Source: Dehalococcoidia bacterium (GTDB lineage: Bacteria; Chloroflexota; Dehalococcoidia; UBA2979). From it: a stretch of 64,000 nucleotides of DNA. Below the pieces are notes generated by a model. The model was not told the DNA's origin. It saw only the letters and a list, made by a program, of their open reading frames with translations, and did not search any database. The position numbers and the translations under genes are program-made. The stretch spans positions 1,478,227 to 1,542,226 of the forward strand of contig CBDCPB010000004.1 in NCBI GenBank assembly GCA_965220125.1. Reading direction: 5' to 3'. Positions 26,145 through 35,662 of the stretch are shown one piece after another (position 1 is the stretch's first letter; the number at the start of each line of letters is the position of its first letter).

Positions 26145-26720
26145 CTACTTGCGGACGCCGCCGAGCGGGAAGGTCGGCGACCAGGGGAAGCGCAGGAAAC
26201 CGGGGTCAGGGGACGCGAGGGTGCCGATCGGCCGCTCGGCGCGCTCGATCGTGACGAAGGCGCGGGGGGCGATCCAGCGGATCGCGCCCAGCACGCGACG
26301 CAGCCCGCGACGGCGCACCAGCAACGTCGCGACCTCGACCGGGCCCTGCAGCCCGTGGCCCTCGATGCGGGTCACGCGGTAGCCGCGATCGCGCAGGCGC
26401 GCGGCGACGTCGATCGCCGGGTCGTTGTTGATCACCTGCACCTGGCGGTAGCCGAGCGCGATTCGCTCCTCCAGCCAGCCGCCGAGCAGCACGCCCGCGG
26501 CGAACCCCGCGGCATAGCCGACGATCAGCAGCGGGTTGTCGAGGTGCGTCACCACGCCGCCGGTGGCGGCCAGCCAGATCGCCACCTCGATGAAGCCGAG
26601 CAGCGCCGCGATCCAGCGCGATCCGGCGACGAGCAGCACGATCCGCACGGTCCCGATCGTGGTGTCCACGATGCGGGCCCCGAAGATCAGGAGGGGTAGG
26701 ACGAACAGCTCGAATTCCAC
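26145..26720 (-). CDS. UPF0316/DUF2179-family (YebE-like) membrane protein
   Basis: VEFELFVLPLLIFGARIVDTTIGTVRIVLLVAGSRWIAALLGFIEVAIWL...AGVLLGGWLEERIALGYRQVQV parallels Bacillus YebE ([24 protein letters not shown]...[21 protein letters not shown]). Start set at GTG; the longer ORF N-terminus is probably not translated. Confidence 0.6.
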   Translation of the reverse strand: MEFELFVLPLLIFGARIVDTTIGTVRIVLLVAGSRWIAALLGFIEVAIWLAATGGVVTHLDNPLLIVGYAAGFAAGVLLGGWLEERIALGYRQVQVINNDPAIDVAARLRDRGYRVTRIEGHGLQGPVEVATLLVRRRGLRRVLGAIRWIAPRAFVTIERAERPIGTLASPDPGFLRFPWSPTFPLGGVRK

Positions 26721-26868
26721 GGGTGCTTCTCGCTGCAATGGGCTACTGCGAACGGCGCTGTGAATACGTTCGCGCTCCCCGCGCTGGCGCGCAAGGGGCG
26801 GCGCGCAGGCCCGGACACGGCTAGACTGCGCGCCGCGTCGAACGTGTCCTGCGGGAGGGGCGGACGGG

Positions 26869-27246
26869 ATGCCGGAGCAAGCTCCTGAGGGGCCGATCGA
26901 GCGGATCAGCGCGGTCACGCTGACGACCGCGGACATGGCGCGCGCCGTCGAGTTCTACGCCTCGCTCGGCTTCGTGCTGCGCTACGGAGGGCCGGACGCG
27001 GGCTTCACCAGCTTCATCTTCGCCGAGGGCTACCTGAACCTGATCGCCGAAGGCCCGCGAGCCGGCTGGTGGGGGCGCGTCATCTTCTACGCCTACGACG
27101 TCGATGCGCTCTACGAGCGGGCGCTGGAGCTCGGCTACGCGCCGCAGGCGCCGCCGCGCGACGCGCCCTGGGGCGAGCGCTTCTTCCACCTCACGGACCC
27201 GGACGGGCACGAACTGAGCTTCGCCTCGCCCCTCCAGCCGGCGTAG
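26869..27246 (+). CDS. VOC-family (glyoxalase-like) protein
   Basis: ISAVTLTTADMARAVEFYASLGFVL...FFHLTDPDGHELSF is the typical VOC paired beta-alpha-beta-beta-beta. Confidence 0.7.
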   Translation: MPEQAPEGPIERISAVTLTTADMARAVEFYASLGFVLRYGGPDAGFTSFIFAEGYLNLIAEGPRAGWWGRVIFYAYDVDALYERALELGYAPQAPPRDAPWGERFFHLTDPDGHELSFASPLQPA

Positions 27247-27262
27247 GGACTCGCGGGCGGGG

Positions 27263-28051
27263 CTAGCGCCCCTCGTGCTCCACGATCAGCCGCGCGAGGT
27301 CGTCCGGGCGCTCCAGCTCGAGCCAGTGGCCCGCGCCGTCGAGAACCTCGAGGCGCGCGTCGGGCAGCTTCTCGGCGTAGAGCGCGCCGCTGTTGACGGG
27401 CACGATCGCATCCTCGCTGCCCCACGCCACCAGCGTCGGCGTGTGCACGCTCGGGAGCAGATGGGGCAGCGCCATGTTGTGCATGTACGGCTTCCAGCCG
27501 ACGCGGGTGGTCATCTCGCGGTTGATGTCCCAGACCATCAACTGATCGATGTCCGACTCCTCGCCGAACATCTCCTCGAAAGAGCCTTCGGCTGCGAAGC
27601 CCGTGCGCACGTAGTCCTCGTGGCTCACAAGGAACTGGTCGAAGATCTCGCCCTGCTCGGGCTTCACGCCCATCGCGGCGGCGAGGGTGAGCTTGTTGAT
27701 GCGCGCCTGCGCCGTGGTGGCGAGCTCGGCGGCGACGTAGCCACCGAAGCCGAGGCCGACGACGCTCGCCGTCGGGAGATCGAGTTCGTCGAGCGTGAGG
27801 CCCGCCAGGGCCACGATGTCGCGCACGTTGCGCGCCCACTCCGGGCGCACCGACTTGCCGAATCCCGGCAGGTCCGGGAGGTAGACCGTGAAGCTCTCGG
27901 CGAGGCGCTCATAGAAGCTGGTCCAGGCGTGCGCGCCGATGTCGTGATGGATCACGAAGAGCGGGGCGCCGCTGCCGCCCGTGCGGACGAACACCTCGCC
28001 GCCGGCGACCTCGATCGTGAGCTCCTGGTGCGTCATCGAGGCAGTCGTCAT
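27263..28051 (-). CDS. Alpha/beta-hydrolase fold protein
   Basis: PLFVIHHDIGAHAWTSF...VVGLGFGGYVAAELA (GxGxG nucleophile elbow)...GAGHWLELERPDD. Confidence 0.75.
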   Translation of the reverse strand: MTTASMTHQELTIEVAGGEVFVRTGGSGAPLFVIHHDIGAHAWTSFYERLAESFTVYLPDLPGFGKSVRPEWARNVRDIVALAGLTLDELDLPTASVVGLGFGGYVAAELATTAQARINKLTLAAAMGVKPEQGEIFDQFLVSHEDYVRTGFAAEGSFEEMFGEESDIDQLMVWDINREMTTRVGWKPYMHNMALPHLLPSVHTPTLVAWGSEDAIVPVNSGALYAEKLPDARLEVLDGAGHWLELERPDDLARLIVEHEGR

Positions 28052-28255
28052 TCTGCTTCCCCCAGCCTTCGCAGCAGCCTCGGCGCCCGTGCGTCATCGA
28101 GCCGGACGGCTGCCTGCCCATAGTGCCGCGCCGGACCGCCTGGCGCGAGCCTGCCGAGGCGTCACGGCCCACGTTGTACGCGCGTGCGCCCGCCAACATA
28201 CACTGCCGCGGGGGCTCACGAAGCGCCCTCGCGACAGCGAGCCCAGGGAGGCGAC

Positions 28256-28792
28256 ATGGAGAGCATGGCACAACGCTCGTTCCTCGAGCGGGTAATCGGG
28301 GCGGCGCGGCTCAACCGCAGCGTCTACGAGGAAGTCGAGCACGACCGCGACGGCACGAAACAGGCCGCGACGCTCGTGGTCCTCGGCTCGATCGCAGCGG
28401 GCATCGGAGCGATCGCCGAGGGCGGGGCGTTGGGCCTCGTGTACGGGGTCGTGTTCGGACTGCTGGCCTGGGCGGTCTACGCCTGGATCACCTACTTCAT
28501 CGGAACCCGCCTGCTCGCGGGTTCGGAGACGAGCGCGGACTGGGGCGAGCTCGCGCGCACCCTCGCCTTCGCGAACGGGCCGCGCTTGCTGCTGGTGATC
28601 GGCATCGTGCCGGTGCTCACCGAGGTTGTCAGCACGATCGTGGGCCTCTGGGTGCTGATCGCGACGGTCGTGGCGGTGCGCGCCGCGCTCGACATCGGCA
28701 CGGGGCGGGCGATCGCCGTGGCGCTGATCGGCTGGATCCCGTTCGCCATCATCATGAGCATCGCGTACGCGCTCGCCGGCGGCGTCGCGTAG
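28256..28792 (+). CDS. Yip1-domain family membrane protein
   Basis: MESMAQRSFLERVIGAARLNRSVYEEVEHDRDGTKQAATLVVLGSIAAGIG... followed by 4-5 TM helices, the typical YIP1 N-terminus. GGGAGG Shine-Dalgarno. Confidence 0.6.
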   Translation: MESMAQRSFLERVIGAARLNRSVYEEVEHDRDGTKQAATLVVLGSIAAGIGAIAEGGALGLVYGVVFGLLAWAVYAWITYFIGTRLLAGSETSADWGELARTLAFANGPRLLLVIGIVPVLTEVVSTIVGLWVLIATVVAVRAALDIGTGRAIAVALIGWIPFAIIMSIAYALAGGVA

Positions 28793-28850
28793 CGCCGCGC
28801 GGCCGCGCGCGGACTCGCGCGCGAGGAGGCGAGCGGAGGACGGGGCACTG

Positions 28851-30080
28851 ATGAGCGCGAGCGAGCAGGCGGCGCAGAGCGAAGGCGCGCGCGCCGCCAC
28901 GCGGGCGAACGAGGCGCGCGCCGCCGCCGCGGTGCAGACCGGCGCGACCTGGGAGGAGGCGTGCGACGCCGTCCTCGCCGCGCTCGACCTCGAAACGAAG
29001 CCGGACCTCGCGCTCGCGTTCGTCGATTCGCGCTTCGCGGCCGACTACGCGGCCGTGCTGGAGCGCCTGCGCGCTGGCACCGGCGCGAGGCGGCTGGCCG
29101 GGGCGAGCGGGATGGGCGTGATCGGCCCCGGCCACGAGGCCGAGGACCAGCCCGCCATCTCGCTGCTCGCGCTCAGCCTGCCCGGCGCCACGATCACCAC
29201 GCTGGCGATCGGCTCGAACGACGAGGCCGCCGCCGCGCTCGGCCGCATCGAGGCGGCGTCCGCGCAGGCCTGGCTGCTGTTCGCCGATCCCTTCAGCACG
29301 GACGCCGAGTCGCTGGTTGGCGCGATCGGCGAGCGCAAGCCGGGCGCGACGGTACTCGGCGGGCTCGCCTCGGCGCAGCCGATGCAGCGCAACACCGCCG
29401 TCTTCCTCGACGGCGAGGTGCGCGAGTCCGGCGCCGTGCTGGTCGGCATCGGCGGTGCCTTCGGCATCCACACGATCGTCGCGCAGGGCGCGGAGCCGAT
29501 CGGCCAGCCGTGGACGGTCACGGAGTGCGAGGGCAACGTCGTGCGCAGCCTCGGCTCGCGCCCCGCGCTGGAGGTGCTGCAGGAGACGCTCGCCGCGCTG
29601 GACACGGCGACGCGGGAGCGGGCGCAGCGCAACCTGCTGGTCGGTCTCGCGATGGACGAGTACCGCCATCAGCATGCGCGCGGCGACTTCCTGATCCGCA
29701 ACATCCTCGGCGGCGACCGCGAAAGCGGCGCGATCGCGATCAACGCCACGCCGCGCGTGGGACAGACGCTGCAGTTCCAGTTCCGGGATGCGGAGGCCGC
29801 CGACCTCGATCTGCGCGAGCATCTGCGGGTGCTGCGCACACGGCTCACGCCGGGCGAGCAGGTGCTCGGCGCGCTGCTCTGCTCCTGCAACGGGCGCGGA
29901 CAGGGCCTCTTCGGCGAACCGCACCACGACGCGCAGGCGCTGGAGCAGGCGCTGGGCCCGACGCCGACCGCGGGGATGTTCTGCAGCGGCGAGATCGGCC
30001 CCGTCGGCGGCAAGACATTCGTGCACGGCTTCACTGCCAGCATCGCGCTGCTCACCATGCGCGGATCCGGGAAGCGATGA
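28851..30080 (+). CDS. FIST-domain (FIST_N + FIST_C) sensory protein
   Basis: ...PDLALAFVDSRFAADYAAVLERLRAG...GASGMGVIG... and C-terminal ...GALLCSCNGRGQGLFGEPHHDAQALEQALGPTPTAGMFCSGEIGPV... match the FIST N- and C-domain signatures. Confidence 0.65.
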   Translation: MSASEQAAQSEGARAATRANEARAAAAVQTGATWEEACDAVLAALDLETKPDLALAFVDSRFAADYAAVLERLRAGTGARRLAGASGMGVIGPGHEAEDQPAISLLALSLPGATITTLAIGSNDEAAAALGRIEAASAQAWLLFADPFSTDAESLVGAIGERKPGATVLGGLASAQPMQRNTAVFLDGEVRESGAVLVGIGGAFGIHTIVAQGAEPIGQPWTVTECEGNVVRSLGSRPALEVLQETLAALDTATRERAQRNLLVGLAMDEYRHQHARGDFLIRNILGGDRESGAIAINATPRVGQTLQFQFRDAEAADLDLREHLRVLRTRLTPGEQVLGALLCSCNGRGQGLFGEPHHDAQALEQALGPTPTAGMFCSGEIGPVGGKTFVHGFTASIALLTMRGSGKR

Positions 30081-31114
30081 CGCGGATCGTCGTCACCTTC
30101 GCCCTCGAAGCGGAGCACGCCGACCGCATCCGCGCCGTCGCCCCCGGCCTCGAGGTCTCCGTCCTCGGCGCGGATCTGCTCGCCGCGCTGCGCGGCAAGC
30201 GGCGCTTCCCCAGCGAGCGCCAGGCTGTGACGCCCCTCGATGAACTCGAGGCGGCGCTCGCCGACGCGGAGGTGCTGTTCGGGTTCTGGGGTGGCGCGCT
30301 GCCCGACCTCGTGCGGCCCGACGCGCTACCCGGGAAGCTGCGCTGGGTGCAGCTCACCTCGGCGGGCGCGGATCGCGTCGACGGGGACCTGATCCGCGCC
30401 GGGCTGACCTTCACGAACGTCAGCGGGCTGCACGCCACGCCGATCGCGGAGTTCGTGCTGGCCTACATGCTGATGTTCGAGAAGGGCTGGCCGGCCCTCG
30501 CGCGCAATCAGGCCGCCGCCGTCTACGACCGCATGGTCATGCCGAGGAACCTCTCCGACAGGACCGTCGGCGTCGTCGGCATGGGCGCGATCGGCCTCGA
30601 GTGCGCGCGCCTCGCAAAGGCAGTCGGCTGCCGCGTGCTCGGCATCCGCCGCTCGGTGAGCGAGCGCGGGCCGGACGACGTCGCCGACGAGGTGCTCCCG
30701 CCGGGTGACCTCGACGAGCTGCTGACGGAGAGCGACTACGTGGTGCTGGCCATGCCGCTGACCGAGGAGACGCGAAACATGATCGGCGCGGCCCAGCTGC
30801 GCACGATGGGCGCGCGCGGCGAGCGCTCCTACCTGATCAACATCGCGCGCGGCGAGGTCGTCGACGAGCCGGCGCTGATCGAGGCGCTGCGCGAGGGCGT
30901 CATCGCCGGCGCGGCGCTCGACGTCTTCGAACGCGAGCCGCTGCCACCGGAGAGCCCGCTGTGGGAGCTGGACAACGTGATCCTCACCCCGCACATCAGC
31001 GGCGGGAACGAGAACTACAACGAGCTCGCGACCTCGATCTTCTGCGACAACCTGCGGCGCTACCTCGACGGCGAGGCGCTGCGCAATATCGTCGACCCCG
31101 ATCGCGGCTACTGA
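30077..31114 (+). CDS. D-isomer-specific 2-hydroxyacid dehydrogenase (NAD-binding)
   Basis: GVVGMGAIGLECARLAKAVGCRVLGIRR (GxGxxG Rossmann)...NIARGEVVDEPAL...ALDVFEREP...TPHISG (catalytic His). ATGA overlap with the FIST gene. Confidence 0.8.
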   Translation: MTRIVVTFALEAEHADRIRAVAPGLEVSVLGADLLAALRGKRRFPSERQAVTPLDELEAALADAEVLFGFWGGALPDLVRPDALPGKLRWVQLTSAGADRVDGDLIRAGLTFTNVSGLHATPIAEFVLAYMLMFEKGWPALARNQAAAVYDRMVMPRNLSDRTVGVVGMGAIGLECARLAKAVGCRVLGIRRSVSERGPDDVADEVLPPGDLDELLTESDYVVLAMPLTEETRNMIGAAQLRTMGARGERSYLINIARGEVVDEPALIEALREGVIAGAALDVFEREPLPPESPLWELDNVILTPHISGGNENYNELATSIFCDNLRRYLDGEALRNIVDPDRGY

Positions 31115-31127
31115 GGGAGGGTCCGGG

Positions 31128-31958
31128 ATGGCCGGTCTCGAGTTGACAGGGTTCGAGGGCAAGGTGGCGGTGGTTACCGGAGCGGGCCGGATGCGCTCGA
31201 TCGGCCGCTGCATCGCCGTGGAGCTGGCGAAAGCCGGCGCGCACGTCGTCGTCACCGGCAGCGGCCGCCCGCCCGAACGCTACCCCGACGACGAGAAGGC
31301 GGTGGGCTGGCGCGACATCCACTCCGTCGCCGAGGAGATCGAGGCCGCAGGACGGCGCGCGCTGCCCCTCGTCAGCGACGTGAGCAACCCGGAGGCGGTG
31401 CAGACGCTGCTCGAGCAGGTGATCGACGAGTTCGGGCGCGTCGACTTCGTGATCAACAACGCGGCCTTTGCGCGCGGGCCGGACCGCATGCCCGCCGTCG
31501 AGATCCCGATCGACGTCTGGCAGCGAGTGATCGATGTGAACCTCAACGGCACGTTCTACATGTCGCACTACTTCGGGCAGCGCCTGATCGAGCAGGGCGA
31601 GGGCGGCGCGATCGTCAACATCTCCTCGGTAGCGGGGAAGCGGCTGAGCGTGAACGCCTCGGCCTACGCCTCGAGCAAGGCGGGCATCCACGCGCTGACG
31701 GGCTGCATGGCGGGCGAGATGGGGCGTCACAACGTCCGCGTGAACACGATCTGCCCCGGCACCGTCGACACCTTCCGCATGGACGACATCCCGCGCGGCC
31801 AGATCTGGGACGAGCGCATCGCGGCGAGTACGCCGCTGGGGCGCGCCTCGGACGGCTCGGACATCGCCTGGATGACGGTCTACCTGTGCAGCGAGCAGGG
31901 CAACTGGATCACGGGCCAGAGCATCAACGTCGATGGCGGCGCGGTGGTGCAGCACTAG
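31128..31958 (+). CDS. SDR-family oxidoreductase
   Basis: GKVAVVTGAGRMRSIGRCIA...NNAAF...YASSKAGIHALTG...VRVNTICPGTVDT. Confidence 0.8.
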   Translation: MAGLELTGFEGKVAVVTGAGRMRSIGRCIAVELAKAGAHVVVTGSGRPPERYPDDEKAVGWRDIHSVAEEIEAAGRRALPLVSDVSNPEAVQTLLEQVIDEFGRVDFVINNAAFARGPDRMPAVEIPIDVWQRVIDVNLNGTFYMSHYFGQRLIEQGEGGAIVNISSVAGKRLSVNASAYASSKAGIHALTGCMAGEMGRHNVRVNTICPGTVDTFRMDDIPRGQIWDERIAASTPLGRASDGSDIAWMTVYLCSEQGNWITGQSINVDGGAVVQH

Positions 31959-31991
31959 ACCGACTGGGAAGCACCGACTGGGAAGCGGGAT

Positions 31992-34556
31992 ATGGAGATG
32001 CGGATGCGCAACCGAACGCACACCAGCACGGGGACCTGGACCGGAACGCACGCGATGGCGGCGCAGAGCGCCGCCATCGCGCTGATCGCCGCGGTGCTGG
32101 TCCTCGACGCGCCCCGTCCCGTCCAGGCGCAGGAAGCGCCGGACTGCGAGGTCATCGACCTCGGCGCCCTCAGCACCGAGGGGGACGGCGGACTGCACGC
32201 GAGCGGGCGCTGGACCACCGAGGACTGCGACTCGCGCTTCCGCATCGACAGCGATGCGCACAGCTACCGCTTCCAGGTCGCCGAGGGTGATCGGATCAGA
32301 ATCGACCTGGCGTCGGACGACGCTGATTCCTACCTCTACCTGCTGGCTGAGGACGGGAGCCGCATCACCGACAACGACGACGGCGGCCCCGACCTCGACG
32401 CACGCATCGAGCGCGACCTGGCAGCGGGCGCCTACGTCGTCGAAGCCACGACGGTCGGCGGACGCGCACGCGGCCCGGCGGACTTCACGCTTTCCATCAC
32501 CGACGTCGCCGGTTGCGAGCCGGTCCATCTGGGGACACTCGAGCCGGGCGTCGATCTGACTGCATCCGGCTCCTGGACGATCGACACGTGCGGCGCACGC
32601 GTCGTCGCGGAGCATCCCGCCTACGCCTACTCCTTCACCCTGCCGCAGGGCGGCCGTGTGCTCATCGACCTGATGTCGGCAGACGGCGACCCAGTCCTCT
32701 CGCTGGCGACATCCGACGGGCGTTTCATCGGCGCCAACGACGACGGTGGCGGCATCCGCGACGCCCGCATCGAGCAATACCTGGCGGCGGGTACCTACCT
32801 GATCGAGGCGACCACGTATCTGCAGCGTGACCTCCAGCCTCTGACGGCTGACTTCGACCTCGTGATCCAGCTGGTGGACGAGGAGGCGAGGCAGCACCGC
32901 TTCAAGCTCAAGATCGAGGAGACCCACGCCCCGGACCAGGTGATCGCGGGCGTGCCCTTCGCCGTTCACTACCGAGCCGGCAATCCGGGCGGCGGCGACC
33001 TGGCTGACGCCGGCGGCAGGGTCGTGGTGTACGCAGTAGCGCCCCGTGTGTTCGAGCGGATCCCCTCGATCCCCGCAACGCAGGAACGGTGGCAGGCCGG
33101 CGTCTCCTACCACTCCGGCGCCCAGACGGCGAGCGCGACAAGTGTCGCGACCGCCGAGGTGACGCCGCTTACGGTCACACTCAACGAACCCGGCCCTTCG
33201 TGGGTGTTCGTCGCGATCATCGCGTTCGACGAAGCCGACGAGGAGATCGCATTCCACGGCATCTGGCGGAACCTGATGGTCCTCAGCGGCCCGACGTTCG
33301 ACCCGGTCACGGTGAACGTCGACGGCGCGGACTACACCGTCGCCGCCGAGGCGGACGACGAGGGCTGGGTCCTGAGCTCGGTCGCCTCCGTCGCCGACCC
33401 GGACGCCGAAGTCGACGTGTCGCCGTACGTGAGGGCGATCTACACCGCGGGCGTGCAGAGGCAGCTGCTCGACGGCATCTTCGAACGGCCCCTGATCGCC
33501 GCGCTCGGCGAGCCGACCGAGGCGGCCGGGGAGCCGGTCGCACTGGCGAACCCCTCCTCGGAAGCGCTGCTCGAGAGCGTCGGGCTGTTCTACCGGGACG
33601 TGATCGCCACGTCCGCACTGGCGCAGTCGGTAGCCGCGGGTGAGCTGGTCACGCCGGCGGCGGTCGAGGGACTGACCCTCAGCACTGCCGAGGCAGCGGC
33701 TGCTCGCTACGCGCCGCTGGCGGCTTCCTGGAGTGCGCTCCAGGCGCGGATCGACGGCGGCGAGGCGCTCTCCTTCGAGGACGCGTTCCGCCTCCACACC
33801 GATCTCGCGTACGCCGAGGCCGTGCTCTCGCCGGCAGCGATGGCCGGAGCGATCGTGAGCGCGGCACGCGCCGCCGATGGGGGCTGGCAGGCTCCCGCGG
33901 TTCAGGCGATGGTTGCGGACCTCGGGGAGCGCGCGCGCTGCGGCATCGGCTTCGCCGAGCTGCGTGGCGCACTCGAGGCGGCGGGCGCCGACGACGTGGA
34001 CGGGTTGCTCACGCTCGAGGACGAGCTGCGCTGGGCGGAGCCGGTCCTCGGTATCGCGACCGACGCCGCGCTCTGCGCCGCGCTGGACTCCAACATCGAG
34101 GTCGCGCGGTTCATGCGCCTTCTGGCGATCGACCGCAGCGAGGTACACCTGCGGCTCGTGCCACCGCTTCCGCCGGCGGGGCCGGCGGACCCGGCGATGG
34201 CCCCGGCCACGCACCCGCTGTGGATCATGGTCCGGCTCGCTGACGACGGCCGGCACGAGCACGGCGTACTACTTGCCGACGGCCGATCGATCTTCCCCAC
34301 GAGGCGGTTCCTGGACATCGCCGCCGAGGTCGACCGCTGGAAGATCAGCACCATGATCGAGGCGGAGGACGGGCAAGCCATCGGGCGGATCCGCGCACGA
34401 CGCCTCGCCGACGGCCGCATTGAGCTCGGCTTCCGTGACGCCAACGGCATCGCGATCGCGCCCGATATCCGCTACGTGCCCGCGGAGCTGCCGCCCGGCG
34501 TCTGGCTGCGCAGCAGCCAGATCGTCGCGCCGGCGGCCACCCCGGCCACCGAGTAG
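31992..34556 (+). CDS. Large secreted protein: signal peptide, two tandem PPC (bacterial pre-peptidase C-terminal-like) domains, ~550-aa Ala-rich C-terminal region of unknown function
   Basis: Signal peptide ...MAAQSAAIALIAAVLVLDAPRPVQAQEAP. Two ~120-aa repeats with the PPC pattern (DSYLYLLAEDGSRITDNDDGG...LAAGAYVVEATT and DPVLSLATSDGRFIGANDDGG...LAAGTYLIEATTY). The rest has no recognised motif. Start could be ATG 31992 or ATG 32055. Confidence 0.6.
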   Translation: MEMRMRNRTHTSTGTWTGTHAMAAQSAAIALIAAVLVLDAPRPVQAQEAPDCEVIDLGALSTEGDGGLHASGRWTTEDCDSRFRIDSDAHSYRFQVAEGDRIRIDLASDDADSYLYLLAEDGSRITDNDDGGPDLDARIERDLAAGAYVVEATTVGGRARGPADFTLSITDVAGCEPVHLGTLEPGVDLTASGSWTIDTCGARVVAEHPAYAYSFTLPQGGRVLIDLMSADGDPVLSLATSDGRFIGANDDGGGIRDARIEQYLAAGTYLIEATTYLQRDLQPLTADFDLVIQLVDEEARQHRFKLKIEETHAPDQVIAGVPFAVHYRAGNPGGGDLADAGGRVVVYAVAPRVFERIPSIPATQERWQAGVSYHSGAQTASATSVATAEVTPLTVTLNEPGPSWVFVAIIAFDEADEEIAFHGIWRNLMVLSGPTFDPVTVNVDGADYTVAAEADDEGWVLSSVASVADPDAEVDVSPYVRAIYTAGVQRQLLDGIFERPLIAALGEPTEAAGEPVALANPSSEALLESVGLFYRDVIATSALAQSVAAGELVTPAAVEGLTLSTAEAAAARYAPLAASWSALQARIDGGEALSFEDAFRLHTDLAYAEAVLSPAAMAGAIVSAARAADGGWQAPAVQAMVADLGERARCGIGFAELRGALEAAGADDVDGLLTLEDELRWAEPVLGIATDAALCAALDSNIEVARFMRLLAIDRSEVHLRLVPPLPPAGPADPAMAPATHPLWIMVRLADDGRHEHGVLLADGRSIFPTRRFLDIAAEVDRWKISTMIEAEDGQAIGRIRARRLADGRIELGFRDANGIAIAPDIRYVPAELPPGVWLRSSQIVAPAATPATE

Positions 34557-34579
34557 CGGTGGCCGGGGCAACCAGAGCA

Positions 34580-34607
34580 GGGGAGGCGGGCCCGGGCCCG
34601 CCTCCCC
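34580..34607 (+). terminator. Perfect 13-bp GC stem palindrome downstream of the secreted-protein gene (putative intrinsic terminator)
   Basis: gGGGAGGCGGGCCC|GGGCCCGCCTCCCc followed by gcTTTgacT. The U-tract is weak. Confidence 0.4.
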
Positions 34608-34707
34608 GCTTTGACTCGACGGGCGGGGCGGCGTAGCGTTGCGCAGCGCCCTCGTGCGGCGAGGGGATACGACGAAACGAACGAGGACACACAAGGAGAC
34701 TGCACGC

Positions 34708-35499
34708 ATGGCCGTACTCGAAACCCGCATGGAGGGCTTCACATTCGTGATGACCCTCAACCGGCCCGAGTCGATGAACGCCTTCAACTCAGAGCTGATC
34801 GCCGCGGTTGGCGAAGCCTGGGTGCAGGTGCGCGAGGATTCCAACATCCGCAGCGTGATCATGACCGGCGCCGGCGACCGCGCCTTCAGCGCGGGCGCCG
34901 ACCTGAAGGAGATGGCGATGCGCAACGCCGCCTCTGACGGCGCACCTCCGCGCAACACCTTCTGGGACCAGGCCGACCCGCAGCTCTACCGCGGCCTCGA
35001 GATGTGGAAGCCGATCATCGCCGCCGTCAACGGCTTCGCCCTCGGCGGCGGCTGTGAGACCGCGATGGCCTGCGACATCCGCGTCGCCTCGGAGACCGCC
35101 AGCTTCGGCCTCCCCGAGGTCGCGCGCGGCATCATCCCGGGTGCCGGCGGCACCCAGCGCATCCCGCGCCTCGTGCCCTTCGGGATCGCGCTCGAGCTGC
35201 TGATGACCGGCCGCCGCATCCCGGCGGCGGAGGCCCACCGCATCGGCCTCGTCAACCACGTGGTCCCGGCCGACCAGCTGATGGACAAGGCGCTCGAGAT
35301 CGCCGCCGAGATCGGCGCGAACGCCCCGCTGGCCGTGATGGCGGCGAAGGAGTCGGCCTACCGCGGCCTCAACACCACGCTGCAGGAGGGTCTGCGCATC
35401 GAGAACTTCGAGTCGCAGGCGATCCGCTACACGGACGACGCCAAGGAGGGCCCGCGCGCCTTCGCCGAGAAGCGCGAGGCCAACTACCAGGGCCGCTAA
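34708..35499 (+). CDS. Enoyl-CoA hydratase/isomerase (crotonase family)
   Basis: MAVLETRMEGFTFVMTLNRPESMNAF...FSAGADLKEM...GFALGGGCETAMACDIRVA. Strong AAGGAG Shine-Dalgarno 8 nt upstream of the ATG. Confidence 0.85.
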   Translation: MAVLETRMEGFTFVMTLNRPESMNAFNSELIAAVGEAWVQVREDSNIRSVIMTGAGDRAFSAGADLKEMAMRNAASDGAPPRNTFWDQADPQLYRGLEMWKPIIAAVNGFALGGGCETAMACDIRVASETASFGLPEVARGIIPGAGGTQRIPRLVPFGIALELLMTGRRIPAAEAHRIGLVNHVVPADQLMDKALEIAAEIGANAPLAVMAAKESAYRGLNTTLQEGLRIENFESQAIRYTDDAKEGPRAFAEKREANYQGR

Positions 35500-35662
35500 C
35501 GCCCTCGACTCCCGGCCGAGCACGATGGGGCCGCCCGCATGGGCGGCCCCGCTGCTGTCAGCGGCGGGACGTTCGCGGAACTCGGGAGGAATGCGGACGC
35601 TGCGCGCTTCGGCTCGGTGGCGCACACCGGGAGCGGAGACGACGCGAGCGCGCTCGGCCTAA

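Noticed and set aside
30996-34262. 1088-aa minus-strand ORF spanning the SDR and secreted-protein genes
   Set aside because: It is an antisense open frame typical of high GC. Its product is Arg/Val/Gly-rich with no motifs, while the plus strand encodes a coherent SDR and a signal-peptide/PPC protein.
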